A stretch of DNA of 64,000 nucleotides, from contig JAYTLK010000259.1 in NCBI GenBank assembly GCA_043729515.1, positions 1,199 through 65,198 of the forward strand, written 5' to 3'. Shown in pieces: positions 46,957 to 56,917 of the stretch; the first letter of the stretch is position 1, and each line of letters opens with the position of its first letter. Both the position numbers and the translations under genes were made by a program. The stretch is from Herminiimonas sp. GTDB lineage: Bacteria; Pseudomonadota; Gammaproteobacteria; Burkholderiales; Burkholderiaceae_D. The notes under the pieces were generated by a model. It saw only the letters and a program-made list of their open reading frames with translations, was not told the origin of the DNA and made no database searches.

Positions 46957-48522
46957 TCACTCCTCGCGCCGGAGATGCGGAAACAGGATGACGTCACGGA
47001 TGTTCGGCGCATCCGTGATCAGCATGATCAGCCGGTCGATGCCGATGCCGCAGCCGCCGGTGGGTGGCAGGCCATATTCCAGGGCGCGGATGTAGTCGGC
47101 GTCATAGAACATCGCCTCTTCATCACCGGCATCCTTGGCGGCGACTTGGGCCTGGAAGCGGGCGGCCTGATCTTCGGAATCGTTCAACTCTGAAAAGCCG
47201 TTGGCGATTTCGCGTCCGGCGATGAACAGTTCAAAGCGCTCCGTGATGCCGGGCACCGTGTCGGAGGCGCGTGCCAGCGGCGAGACCTCGATCGGGTAAT
47301 CAATGATGTAGGTTGCCTCCCAAAGCTTCGCTTCAGCGACTTCCTCGAACAGAGCCAGCTGCAGCGCGCCAAGACCGGAGGTTGCCAGGGGCTTGACGCC
47401 GAAGCCCAGCAAGGTCTGCTTGAGAAAACTGGCGTCTGCCAGTTGATCGTCCGTAAATTGCGGCGCATGCCGATTGATGGCCTCGACGATGGTCAGCCGC
47501 TGGAACGGCTTGCCGAGATCGAGCGCGCGGCCCTGGTAGGTCAGCAGCGCCGTGCCATGCGCATCGATGGCCGCCTGGCGAATCACCGCTTCCGTAAAAT
47601 CCATCAACCAGCGATAGTCGACGTAGGCGGCGTAAAACTCCATCATCGTGAATTCCGGATTGTGCCGCGGCGATACGCCTTCGTTGCGAAAATTCCGGTT
47701 CACTTCAAACACCCGCTCGAAGCCGCCAACCACCAGGCGTTTCAGATACAGCTCCGGCGCGATGCGCAGGAACATCTGCATGTCCAGCGCATTGTGATGC
47801 GTGATGAAGGGTTTGGCCGCCGCGCCGCCGGGAATGGCGTGCAGCATCGGTGTCTCGACTTCCATGAACTCGTTGTCGTTCATGAAGCGGCGGATCGAGG
47901 CCAGGGCGGCCGTGCGCGCCTTGAAGGTGCGGCGCGTGTCGTCATTCATGATCAAATCGACATAACGCTGACGGTATTTCATTTCCTGGTCGGCCAGACC
48001 GTGGAATTTGTCCGGCAGGGGACGCAACGATTTGGTCAGCAGACGCAGGCGGCTGACCTTGATCGACAGTTCACCGGTCTTGGTCTTGAACAGCACGCCT
48101 TCGGCACCGAGAATATCGCCGAGGTCGTAATGCTTGAAGGCGGCGTGGCTTTCCTCGCCGGTCAACTCGTTGTTCAGATAGAGCTGGATGCGACCGTCGG
48201 CGCGTGCGCCGGATGCATCCTGAATCGTTGCAAACGATGCCTTGCCCATTACCCGCTTCAACATCATTCGCCCGGCCACGCTGACGGCGATGGCCTGAGC
48301 TTCGAGCGCCGGCTGCTCCAGTGCGCCATACTGCGCCTGCAGGTCGGCTGCCTTGTTGGCTGGCCTGAAGTCGTTTGGAAAAGCGATGCCGGCACTGCGC
48401 AGCGCGGCCAACTTCGCACGCCGCTCGGCGATGATGGAATGTTCGTCCGGGGCGGTTGCGGCGGCGTCTTGGGCAGTGGTGGTCATGGGCAATGGATCGA
48501 GTGGAAATACGGTGGATGACAT
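46957..48522 (-). CDS. lysS: lysine--tRNA ligase (class II)
   Basis: [39 protein letters not shown] (motif 2) and [10 protein letters not shown] (motif 3). The internal ATG at 48486 (MTTTAQD) aligns better in length with E. coli LysS, so the start is uncertain. Confidence 0.93.
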   Translation of the reverse strand: MSSTVFPLDPLPMTTTAQDAAATAPDEHSIIAERRAKLAALRSAGIAFPNDFRPANKAADLQAQYGALEQPALEAQAIAVSVAGRMMLKRVMGKASFATIQDASGARADGRIQLYLNNELTGEESHAAFKHYDLGDILGAEGVLFKTKTGELSIKVSRLRLLTKSLRPLPDKFHGLADQEMKYRQRYVDLIMNDDTRRTFKARTAALASIRRFMNDNEFMEVETPMLHAIPGGAAAKPFITHHNALDMQMFLRIAPELYLKRLVVGGFERVFEVNRNFRNEGVSPRHNPEFTMMEFYAAYVDYRWLMDFTEAVIRQAAIDAHGTALLTYQGRALDLGKPFQRLTIVEAINRHAPQFTDDQLADASFLKQTLLGFGVKPLATSGLGALQLALFEEVAEAKLWEATYIIDYPIEVSPLARASDTVPGITERFELFIAGREIANGFSELNDSEDQAARFQAQVAAKDAGDEEAMFYDADYIRALEYGLPPTGGCGIGIDRLIMLITDAPNIRDVILFPHLRREE

Positions 48523-48579
48523 GCGGTCGGGGCGGTACGGCGGCGTCGCCGTCGCAGTCTCCCCGTCGCGGGTCCGGTA

Positions 48580-49684
48580 TCAGACGCCTTGCTTGAGCGA
48601 TGCCGCGATGAAGTCGTCGAGGTCGCCGTCGAGCACGGCCTTGGTATTGCCGACCTCGAAGTTGGTACGCAGATCCTTGATCCGGGATTGATCCAGGACG
48701 TAGGAGCGGATCTGATGGCCCCAGCCGATGTCGGTCTTGGAGTCTTCCAGCTTTTGCTGCTCGCTCATGCGCTTGCGCATTTCGTGTTCGTACAAGCGTG
48801 ACTTCAGCATGGCCCAGGCTTCGGCGCGGTTGCGATGCTGGCTGCGGTCGTTCTGGCATTGCACCACGATGCCGGTCGGCGCATGCGTCAGGCGGACCGC
48901 CGAATCGGTCTTGTTGATGTGCTGGCCGCCGGCGCCCGAAGCCCGGTAGGTGTCGACCCGCACATCGGACGGATTGATGTCGATTTCCAGCGAATCGTCG
49001 ACTTCCGGATAGACGAACAGGCTCGAGAACGAAGTGTGCCGGCCGTTGGCGGAATCGAAAGGTGACTTGCGCACCAGCCGATGCACGCCGGTTTCGGTGC
49101 GCAGGAAACCGTAGGCGTAATCGCCCTCTACCTTGAGCGTGGCGGTCTTGATGCCGGCGACCTCGCCATCGGATTGCTCCAGGATCTCGGTCTTGAATCC
49201 CTTGCGTTCACAATAGCGCAGGTACTGGCGCAGCAGCATCGAGGCCCAGTCCTGCGCCTCGGTGCCGCCGGCGCCGGCCTGGATGTCGATGAAGCAGTTG
49301 TTCGGGTCCATCGGGTTTGCGAACATGCGCCGGAATTCCATGCCCTCGACCAGCTTGCGCAGGCCGTCGGCATCGGTCTCGACGGCAACCATGGTGTCTT
49401 CATCCTGTTCGTCGCGCGCCATGGCGAACAGATCGGTGGTGTCGCGGAGCTCGGCTTCGATCTTCGTCAGCGTCTGCACGATCGATTCCAGCGATTTTTT
49501 TTCCTTGCCCAGATCCTGGGCCCTTTTCTGGTCATTCCAGACAGTCGGGTCTTCCAGTTCCGCATTGACCTGCTCGAGCTTCTCGGACTTCACATCGAAG
49601 TCAAAGATACCTCCGAAGTTCTGCTTCGCGGGTGGTCAGGTCTGCCAGCAGGGCAGAGAGAGCGTTGATGCGTTCGGCTTCCAT
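48580..49684 (-). CDS. prfB: peptide chain release factor 2, expressed via programmed +1 frameshift
   Basis: Frame 0 is [27 protein letters not shown] (49684-49604), ending at the in-frame TGA (49603-49601). The +1 frame continues [10 protein letters not shown]... to the stop at 48580 and contains SPF (KSPFDS) and GGQ ([10 protein letters not shown]). The track shows only the downstream part (48580..49593). Confidence 0.93.
49600..49614 (-). other. prfB +1 frameshift site (internal SD + CTT TGA C)
   Basis: Minus strand reads GGAGG TAT CTT TGA C, the same architecture as the E. coli prfB autoregulatory site. Confidence 0.9.
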
Positions 49685-49731
49685 GGATTTTTCTCGTGCG
49701 ATCAAACCCGAGATTATACGCCGCGGGTGGT

Positions 49732-51099
49732 TCAGGCGACGGCGGCAGCCGGCTGCAAGGCGTCTTCCGGCAGGCGCAATCGCTCGGCCACCAGATGAAT
49801 CGCATGCTTCAAGGCGTACAGGTCGCGAATGAAGGCTTCCGGCACATGCAGGCGGCCGACGTTGGTGTGGATGTCTTCCAGCTCGGCCTGCCAGCCCAGG
49901 ATCTGCGCCGTGTCCGGTTGCGCCGTCGCGCCGATTTCAGCTTCCAGCAAACGGATCTCCTGATACCAGCGGGCCAGACGGCTACGCATTTGGTAGGAAT
50001 ACAGCCTGGGAAGCATCTGCAGCAGGGCAAACAACACTGCCACCGATGGCACCAGATAGACGAATCGCTGCTCGATGAAATTGGCCAGCCAGAACGGCAG
50101 ATAATTTTGCAGGAACGGCCGTCCGGTCTTGAAATATCGGCGGTTTTCATCGCTGATCGGAAAGTCTTCCACCTTCTGGTTCGGAAAATCGCCGCGATCC
50201 GCAAAAAAGCCCGGCTGGCCATGAATCTCCGACGCTGCATCGAGCAGCTGGTACGCCACTTCGGTGGGCAGCGACTTTCTTGCCACCAGCAATGCAGTGG
50301 TCGACAACAAGGTCACGTCGCGCGGTGGCAGATCTTTCGCCAGGTCGATCGCACCACGCGGAAAGACGACCTTGGCCAGCGAAGGAAAACGCCGGATGAC
50401 GGTATCGGCCTGACTCATGTCGACCAGGCGCAGACCGGACTTGAGCAAGCCGGCGATGACCGGTATGTCGGGTGCGCCGATGAAGGCGGCAGCGTCGAGC
50501 CTGCCGTCGAGCAGCGCTTGTGCAGCAGGCACGGCGCCAAGTTCCTCGATGGTCGAATTCGCCGGGCCGACCTTGTGCAGCGCCAGCAGCGCCAGCATCA
50601 CGGTGCGCAGGCCGCTGCCGGGCTGGCCGACGCTGATCCGCTTGCCGGTCAATTGCGTGAGCCGATCGATCTCGCCGTCGCCACGATGGAAAATCCAGAT
50701 CGGCTCATAGGACACCGACGCCAGTGTCTGCAGCATCGGCGCGTTGCGCGCGTTGCCGGTTCCGGATTGCACCAGGCCGATGTCGACGCCGCTGTTCGGA
50801 TCTTTCAGGCGTTCGTAATTTTCGACCGCGCCGGAGGAGCGGCGGATGTCCAACGTGATGCCTTCGGCACGCAATGCTTCCGCATAGCGCACGGCAAACG
50901 ACATGTAGATGCCGCCATCGGCGCCGGCGGTGAAGACAACCGATTTTTGCCGTGCCGGCTTCATCGCCACCTGTACCGCCCAGGCCAGCAGCGCCAGCAA
51001 CACCAGCGCGGCCGTCAGCATCCATCTTCGCCGGCGTCGCTGCAAGGCGGTGTGGCGGGTGCGCCGCAGCGGGAGGCCTGGCGCGCGGTCGGTTGCCAT
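49732..51099 (-). CDS. TAXI-family TRAP-type solute-binding domain protein with N- and C-terminal membrane segments
   Basis: N-terminal TM (WMLTAALVLLALLAWAV). TAXI-like domain (VFTAGADGGIYMSFAVRYAEAL...GAVENYERL). C-terminal hydrophobic helices (LPFWLANFIEQRFVYLVPSVAVLFALLQML). The ATG at 51099 shares its A with the recJ TGA. Confidence 0.65.
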   Translation of the reverse strand: MATDRAPGLPLRRTRHTALQRRRRRWMLTAALVLLALLAWAVQVAMKPARQKSVVFTAGADGGIYMSFAVRYAEALRAEGITLDIRRSSGAVENYERLKDPNSGVDIGLVQSGTGNARNAPMLQTLASVSYEPIWIFHRGDGEIDRLTQLTGKRISVGQPGSGLRTVMLALLALHKVGPANSTIEELGAVPAAQALLDGRLDAAAFIGAPDIPVIAGLLKSGLRLVDMSQADTVIRRFPSLAKVVFPRGAIDLAKDLPPRDVTLLSTTALLVARKSLPTEVAYQLLDAASEIHGQPGFFADRGDFPNQKVEDFPISDENRRYFKTGRPFLQNYLPFWLANFIEQRFVYLVPSVAVLFALLQMLPRLYSYQMRSRLARWYQEIRLLEAEIGATAQPDTAQILGWQAELEDIHTNVGRLHVPEAFIRDLYALKHAIHLVAERLRLPEDALQPAAAVA

Positions 51100-52793
51100 C
51101 AATCGCTTTCCGCATGTTCGACCAGCAACTGCACGCGGCTCACGCCGTTGAAGGTGTTGGTATCGAGCCGGTAGGCGATCCGGGCATGGCCACCGAGGGC
51201 TTCGGCGTGGCCGAACCAGATGGCATCGAATTTCTGGCCATCGCGCTCCAGGGTCAGCTTCAAGTGCTTGTCTTTCAGGACACGCTGATTGAGGACGCGA
51301 AAGTCATCGCAGAAGACCGGCGGTGCAAAGCCTTGTCCCCAGACCTGGGCACCGACCAGATCGATGAAGTCGTTGGTGAAATAAGCGTGTTCGAGCGATC
51401 CATCGGTCTCGATCACGCGTTCACGCTGGCTGCGGCTCAAGGTGGCCTGGCCGACTTTTTCGAAGGCGCCGGCAAAGGCGTCGAAAGCATCGGCCCGGAT
51501 GGTCAGGCCGGCGGCCATCGCATGACCGCCGAAACGCTCGATCAGCCCCGGCGCCTGCTTCGATACCAGGTCCAGCGCATCGCGCAGATGAAAACCGGCT
51601 ATCGAGCGGCCCGAGCCCTTGATCCAGCCGTCGTCGCCGGGTGCGAAGGTAATGGTCGGCCGATAGAAACGATCCTTCAGGCGCGAGGCGACGATGCCGA
51701 TCACACCCTGGTGCCAGTTCCGATCGAACACGGCAATGGTGGCATTGCCGGCCGGGTCGAAATCATCCAGCAGCGCCAGCGCCTGCTCGTTCATGCCGGC
51801 TTCGATTTCACGCCGTTCACGGTTGATGCCATCGAGTTCCTGCGCAATTGCCCAGGCGCGCCCTTCATCGTCGGTGGTGAGGCATTCGATCCCCAGGGCC
51901 ATGTTGGCCAGACGGCCTGCGGCGTTCAGGCGGGGGCCAAGTGCGAAACCGAGGTCGAAGGGCGTGGCGGTTTTCGCTTCGCGACCTGCGGCGCGGAAAA
52001 GGGCGGCGACGCCGGCATGCATGCGGCCGGCACGCATGCGATGCAGGCCCTGGGCGACCAGGATGCGATTATTGGCGTCCAGCACGACGACGTCGGCCAC
52101 CGTGCCGAGGGCAACCAGATCGAGCAGGGAGTCGAGCTTGGGTTGGGTCCGGGCGTCGAACACGCCGCGCCGTCGCATTTCGGCGCGCAATGCCAGCAGG
52201 ACATAGAACATGACGCCGACGCCAGCCAGGTTCTTGCTCGGAAAACCGCAGTCCGGCTGATTCGGATTGACGATCACGGCCGCTGCCGGCAGGGCGTCAC
52301 CGGGCAGATGATGGTCGGTCACGATCACGTCGATGCCGCGCCGGTTGGCTTCGGCCACGCCGTCAATGCTGGCGATGCCGTTGTCGACCGTGATGATGAC
52401 GTCCGGTTGTTTCTCGGTTACTGCCAGCGCCACGATCTCCGGCGTCAGACCGTAGCCGTATTCGAACCGGTTCGGGACGATGAAGTCGACCTGCGCACCC
52501 ATCGACCGCAACCCGCGCAGGCCGACGGCGCAGGCGGTCGCACCATCGCAGTCGTAGTCGGCCACGATCACCATGCGCTTGCCGGCGGCGATTGCATCGG
52601 CGAGGTAGACACCGGCACGTTCCACATGCAGCATGCCGGCCGGTGCGATCATCCCCGCCAGTTCGCTGGTCAATTCACGTGGCTGCGTCAGGCCACGTGC
52701 TGCATACAGACGCGCCAGCACCGGATGCACGCCGCTTTGGCGCAGACGTTCGGCGTCGCGAAACGGATAGGGACGCACGGCGATGCGGGTCAT
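51099..52793 (-). CDS. recJ: single-stranded-DNA-specific exonuclease RecJ
   Basis: DHH-family motifs (DYDCDGATA, VTDHHLP) plus a DHHA1 region. Start trimmed to ATG 52793 (MTRIAVRPYPF). Confidence 0.93.
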   Translation of the reverse strand: MTRIAVRPYPFRDAERLRQSGVHPVLARLYAARGLTQPRELTSELAGMIAPAGMLHVERAGVYLADAIAAGKRMVIVADYDCDGATACAVGLRGLRSMGAQVDFIVPNRFEYGYGLTPEIVALAVTEKQPDVIITVDNGIASIDGVAEANRRGIDVIVTDHHLPGDALPAAAVIVNPNQPDCGFPSKNLAGVGVMFYVLLALRAEMRRRGVFDARTQPKLDSLLDLVALGTVADVVVLDANNRILVAQGLHRMRAGRMHAGVAALFRAAGREAKTATPFDLGFALGPRLNAAGRLANMALGIECLTTDDEGRAWAIAQELDGINRERREIEAGMNEQALALLDDFDPAGNATIAVFDRNWHQGVIGIVASRLKDRFYRPTITFAPGDDGWIKGSGRSIAGFHLRDALDLVSKQAPGLIERFGGHAMAAGLTIRADAFDAFAGAFEKVGQATLSRSQRERVIETDGSLEHAYFTNDFIDLVGAQVWGQGFAPPVFCDDFRVLNQRVLKDKHLKLTLERDGQKFDAIWFGHAEALGGHARIAYRLDTNTFNGVSRVQLLVEHAESD

Positions 52794-53908
52794 GCCGCAT
52801 TCGCTGGAGAGGACGACGCGCTGCGCAGACGGGTCAGCGACGGCGTGCGCCAGAAGCGGCGCAGTGAAGCGCGGGTCACGCTCCATGCCTGCAGCTCGGT
52901 TGCATGTCCCAGGATGATCTGCAGGCGTTCGATCTGGCCCGTGCGCAGGGCAGCCAGGAGCGGCGCGAACAGCGTGATTTCCAGCTCCCGCACGCGGTCG
53001 AGCCATTCTGCCCAGTCACCAGCCAGCGCCGGGCCGATCAGTTCGGCGCGCAGCAGCAGCCGGTGTGGTTCGGTCGCAACCAGCAGGGGGGCGAGATCCG
53101 GTGCGTCGACGACGCTGCTGGCGAGCGCGGTGAAGCCGGCAAACCAGCCCTGAAATCCTGCCATGGCGACGGGGACGCGCGACGGTGGCGGCAATGCCTG
53201 AGCGCCGCCCCAGAGCCAAAGGGAATTGACAGGCTGCTGTCCGGCGTTGGACCGCGCCGCATTGACCGGATGCGCATGCCAGTCCATCTGCACGCTGTTC
53301 TGCAGTTTGCGCCAGGCGCGCGCCGACGGTCCCTGTGGCATCCAGATGTCGATGTTGTGGCCGCAGGCTGCATCGGCGGTGGCAGTCACCATGTCGCGCC
53401 AGGCATCGGCCCGGACGAACCAGGAGCCGGCGCTACCGAAGCGCAGCATCAGCCCCGCCTCTTCGAACGCCGGCAGGGCAGCGGTGAAAAGATCCATCGC
53501 ATCATTCTCGGACAGGGCCAGAGAACGGGTGTCGGTCAGCACCAGGTGGTCGCGTGCGACGTGGAAATGGACCGGCGAGACAACGAACCAGTAGCCGTCT
53601 GCCGGTGCCGATGCCGATTTCTGCGCAGCCATCAGCATCGCCGCGATGGCCGGACTGCTGCGATCGCCTTTTTCGTCGAGCCCGAAACGCCTGGCAAGCC
53701 AGGTCTCGTGCGGCAGGGCGCGTGCGAAACCATCTGCCACGGCACTGTTTTCATCGCGCGCGCCGCCGGCTTTACCCACTGCCGACCGGGCTGGTTCGGC
53801 GCGTGCAAGCAACATGGCCAGCGATGGCAGCGTCAGCGCGCGCAGGAGGTCGGGAGCCAGTTCGGCTGGCGGAAGGCTGAAAGGCAGGACGACGGTGATG
53901 TCACTCAT
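52790..53908 (-). CDS. conserved hypothetical protein (possibly RpfE-type/COG4255-like)
   Basis: 372 aa from ATG 53908 (MSDITVVLPFSLPP...). NSLWLWGG motif. ATGA overlap with the recJ start. The family assignment is from memory only. Confidence 0.5.
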   Translation of the reverse strand: MSDITVVLPFSLPPAELAPDLLRALTLPSLAMLLARAEPARSAVGKAGGARDENSAVADGFARALPHETWLARRFGLDEKGDRSSPAIAAMLMAAQKSASAPADGYWFVVSPVHFHVARDHLVLTDTRSLALSENDAMDLFTAALPAFEEAGLMLRFGSAGSWFVRADAWRDMVTATADAACGHNIDIWMPQGPSARAWRKLQNSVQMDWHAHPVNAARSNAGQQPVNSLWLWGGAQALPPPSRVPVAMAGFQGWFAGFTALASSVVDAPDLAPLLVATEPHRLLLRAELIGPALAGDWAEWLDRVRELEITLFAPLLAALRTGQIERLQIILGHATELQAWSVTRASLRRFWRTPSLTRLRSASSSPANAA

Positions 53909-54009
53909 GGGAGGATTGTATGGCAAGATCTGGCGTTGCTTCGGATGGGGCCGCCAAAAATACCGTTGGCATGGCCTCCGCCGACCGTTTTTCGATACCG
54001 AGGTCCGTA

Positions 54010-55275
54010 GTGAGTCTGCTGAAAAATTTACCCTTCGAATGGCTGGTCGGCGTACGTTACACGCGGGCTGGCAAGCGTAGTGGGCGCAATAGTTTCATTT
54101 CCTTCATTTCCCTGATTTCCATGGCCGGCATTGCGCTCGGCGTGGCGGCCCTGATCGTGGTGCTGTCGGTGATGAACGGATTTCAGAAGGAAGTGCGCGA
54201 CCGGATGCTGTCGGTGCTGTCGCATATCGAAGTCTTCGAGCCGAGCGGCTCGCTGCCCAACTGGCAGCAGACCGCCCGAGAAGCGATGCAGGACAAGGAA
54301 GTGCGTGGCGCCGCGCCGTACGTGGCCGGCCAAGCCATGATGACCCGCGACGACACGGTGCGTGGGGTGGTCGTGCGGGGCGTGTTGCCGGAGCAGGAGC
54401 CGGCCGTGTCGGACGTTGCGGCCCAGGTAAAGCAGGGAAATTTCAACGACCTGAAGCCGGGCGAATTCAACATCGTGCTCGGTGGCGAACTGGCGCGCGG
54501 CCTGCGGGTCGGCATCGGCGAGAAAGTGACGATGATCGCGCCCCAGGGGCAGGTCACGCCGGCCGGCGTCATTCCGCGTTTGAAACAGTTCACGGTCGTC
54601 GGCATCTTCGAGGCCGGACATTATGAATACGATTCGTCGCTTGCCTTCATCCACATCGACGACGCCATGAAGATGTTCAAGCTGGCCGCGCCCTCCGGTC
54701 TGCGCCTGAAGATCGCCGACATGCAACGCGCGCCGCAGGTGGCAACCGACCTGTCGCGCGTGATCAGCGGCGATGTCCTGATCCGCGACTGGTCCAAGCA
54801 GAACCGCAACTGGTTTGCCGCCGTCCAGACCGAAAAACGCATGATGTTCATCATCTTGACGCTGATCATTGCCGTGGCCGCGTTCAATCTGGTCTCGACG
54901 CTGGTGATGACGGTGACCGACAAACAGGCCGACATCGCCATCCTGCGCACCCTGGGCGCTTCGCCACGCTCGGTCATGAAGATCTTCATGATCCAGGGCG
55001 CGCTGGTCGGGCTGTTCGGCACCGCCGTCGGCATTACGCTCGGCGTGACGGTGGCGTTGAATGTGGACGTGATCGTGCCGGCGATCGAGCACTTGCTGGG
55101 CGTGCAATTTCTGCCGCGCGACATCTACCTGATCAGCGCATTGCCATCCGACTTGCGCTGGCCCGATGTCTGGAGCATCGGTGCCGTGGCGGTGGTGCTG
55201 GCCTTCCTGGCAACGCTCTATCCGAGCTGGTGGGCGGCGCGGGTCAAACCGGCGGAGGCATTGCGCTATGAATGA
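54010..55275 (+). CDS. lolC: lipoprotein-releasing system transmembrane subunit (LolC/LolE family)
   Basis: GTG start at 54010 ([23 protein letters not shown]...). MacB-like periplasmic domain between TM1 and TM2. C-terminal FtsX domain. 421 aa. Confidence 0.88.
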   Translation: MSLLKNLPFEWLVGVRYTRAGKRSGRNSFISFISLISMAGIALGVAALIVVLSVMNGFQKEVRDRMLSVLSHIEVFEPSGSLPNWQQTAREAMQDKEVRGAAPYVAGQAMMTRDDTVRGVVVRGVLPEQEPAVSDVAAQVKQGNFNDLKPGEFNIVLGGELARGLRVGIGEKVTMIAPQGQVTPAGVIPRLKQFTVVGIFEAGHYEYDSSLAFIHIDDAMKMFKLAAPSGLRLKIADMQRAPQVATDLSRVISGDVLIRDWSKQNRNWFAAVQTEKRMMFIILTLIIAVAAFNLVSTLVMTVTDKQADIAILRTLGASPRSVMKIFMIQGALVGLFGTAVGITLGVTVALNVDVIVPAIEHLLGVQFLPRDIYLISALPSDLRWPDVWSIGAVAVVLAFLATLYPSWWAARVKPAEALRYE

Positions 55276-56008
55276 CAGCTCCCGACAAGTCGACATGCCG
55301 AACCAGGCCGACGCCATCCTGCACTGCCGGAGCCTCGGCAAGACGTTCACCCAGGGAAAATATTCCGTCAACGTCCTGACCGGCATCGACATCGATGTCG
55401 TGCGCGGCGAGCGGGTTGCCATCGTCGGCGCTTCCGGCTCGGGCAAGTCGACCCTGCTGCATCTGCTCGGCGGCCTCGATACGCCGACCACCGGCCGGGT
55501 CAGCCTGCTCGGCCAGGATTTTGCCGACTTGGCGGAGAAGGCGCGCGGCGACCTGCGCAACGCCTCGCTCGGGTTCGTCTATCAGTTCCATCATCTGTTG
55601 CCGGAATTTTCCGCGCTGGACAATGTGGCGATGCCACTCTTGATTCGGCGTGTCGGCCGCGTTGCAGCGCAAGAAGCCGCCACTGCCATCCTGCAACGAG
55701 TCGGGCTCGGCCACCGCATCACCCATACGCCGGGTGAATTGTCCGGCGGCGAGCGGCAACGCGTTGCTCTGGCACGCGCGCTTGTCACGCAGCCGGCCTG
55801 CGTACTGGCCGATGAGCCGACCGGTAACCTTGACCGTGGCACTGCGCATCAGACCTTTGATCTGATGCTCGAGTTGTCACGCAATTTCGGCACTGCCTTC
55901 GTCATCGTCACGCATGATGTCGAACTGGCGCGCCATTGCGATCGGGTGCTGCGCTTGTCGGAGCATGGCTTGCAGCCTTACCACGAGCCATCGGTTGCGG
56001 CAGGTTAA
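55268..56008 (+). CDS. lolD: lipoprotein-releasing system ATP-binding protein
   Basis: Overlaps the lolC end. Walker [25 protein letters not shown]. Confidence 0.9.
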   Translation: MNDSSRQVDMPNQADAILHCRSLGKTFTQGKYSVNVLTGIDIDVVRGERVAIVGASGSGKSTLLHLLGGLDTPTTGRVSLLGQDFADLAEKARGDLRNASLGFVYQFHHLLPEFSALDNVAMPLLIRRVGRVAAQEAATAILQRVGLGHRITHTPGELSGGERQRVALARALVTQPACVLADEPTGNLDRGTAHQTFDLMLELSRNFGTAFVIVTHDVELARHCDRVLRLSEHGLQPYHEPSVAAG

Positions 56009-56095
56009 ACTTTCTGCCGGTAACATGAAGAGACAGATCAGCCAACGGTAGACTGCGCCGCTGTTCCTCCGATCAACTGCCGACGAGCCTTGCCT

Positions 56096-56911
56096 ATGTG
56101 GATCGATACCCATTGCCATCTGGATGCGTCGGAATTCGGCGGCCAGTGCGGCGCTGTCGCCGCGCATGCGCTTGCGGCAGGCGTCGACTGGATCGTTGTT
56201 CCGGCAGTCGCGCCGACCAACTTCGGTGCGGTGCGTGCGCTGGCGCAGGCCCAGCCGAACTGTGTCTACGCATTGGGCATTCATCCGATTTGCGTTCCGG
56301 ATGCAGTCGAGGCAGATCTGGACGCACTTCGCGCAGCGATACCGGCCGCGCTCCGCGATCCGCGCTTCGTTGCCATCGGCGAGATCGGACTGGATTTTTT
56401 CATTCCGGCCCTGTGTACGCTCGCCATGCGCGGCAAGCAGGCGCATTTCTACGCCGAGCAGTTGAAGATTGCCCGTGATTTCGATCTGCCGGTCCTGCTG
56501 CATGTCCGGCGTTCCCAGGATCTGATCCTGAAATACCTGCGCCGCCTGCAGCCGGTACGCGGCATTGCCCATGCATTCAACGGCAGCCTGCAGCAGGCGC
56601 AGGCATTCATCGATCTCGGTTTCAAGCTTGGCTTCGGTGGGGCGATGACGTTTACCCGTGCCTTGCAGATCCGGCGGCTCGCCAGTGGCCTGCCGCTCGA
56701 CGCCCTGGTGCTGGAAACCGATGCGCCGGACATTTCGCCAGCCTGGGTTCATCCGGCCCGCAACAGTCCGGAGAACCTGCCCGGCATCGGCGCCATGCTG
56801 GCCGAATTACGGGGGCTTGACGTTGCCGCGACCGCCGGGGCGACGACCGCGAATGCCTGCGCCGTGCTGCCGCGCCTGGCGCGGCTGGCGGCATCCGTCA
56901 CGCAGCGCTGA
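56096..56911 (+). CDS. TatD-family metal-dependent hydrolase/DNase
   Basis: MWIDTHCHLD N-terminal metal motif. About 270 aa. Confidence 0.85.
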   Translation: MWIDTHCHLDASEFGGQCGAVAAHALAAGVDWIVVPAVAPTNFGAVRALAQAQPNCVYALGIHPICVPDAVEADLDALRAAIPAALRDPRFVAIGEIGLDFFIPALCTLAMRGKQAHFYAEQLKIARDFDLPVLLHVRRSQDLILKYLRRLQPVRGIAHAFNGSLQQAQAFIDLGFKLGFGGAMTFTRALQIRRLASGLPLDALVLETDAPDISPAWVHPARNSPENLPGIGAMLAELRGLDVAATAGATTANACAVLPRLARLAASVTQR

Positions 56912-56917
56912 GCGGAA

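Noticed and set aside
49696-53153. Plus-strand ORFs 49696..51174 (492 aa) and 50952..53153 (733 aa)
   Set aside because: Antisense to the TAXI gene and recJ. The composition is typical of GC-rich shadow frames and there are no motifs.
54028-55560. 510-aa minus-strand ORF over lolC
   Set aside because: Antisense shadow ORF. The plus strand encodes LolC/LolD with clear signatures.
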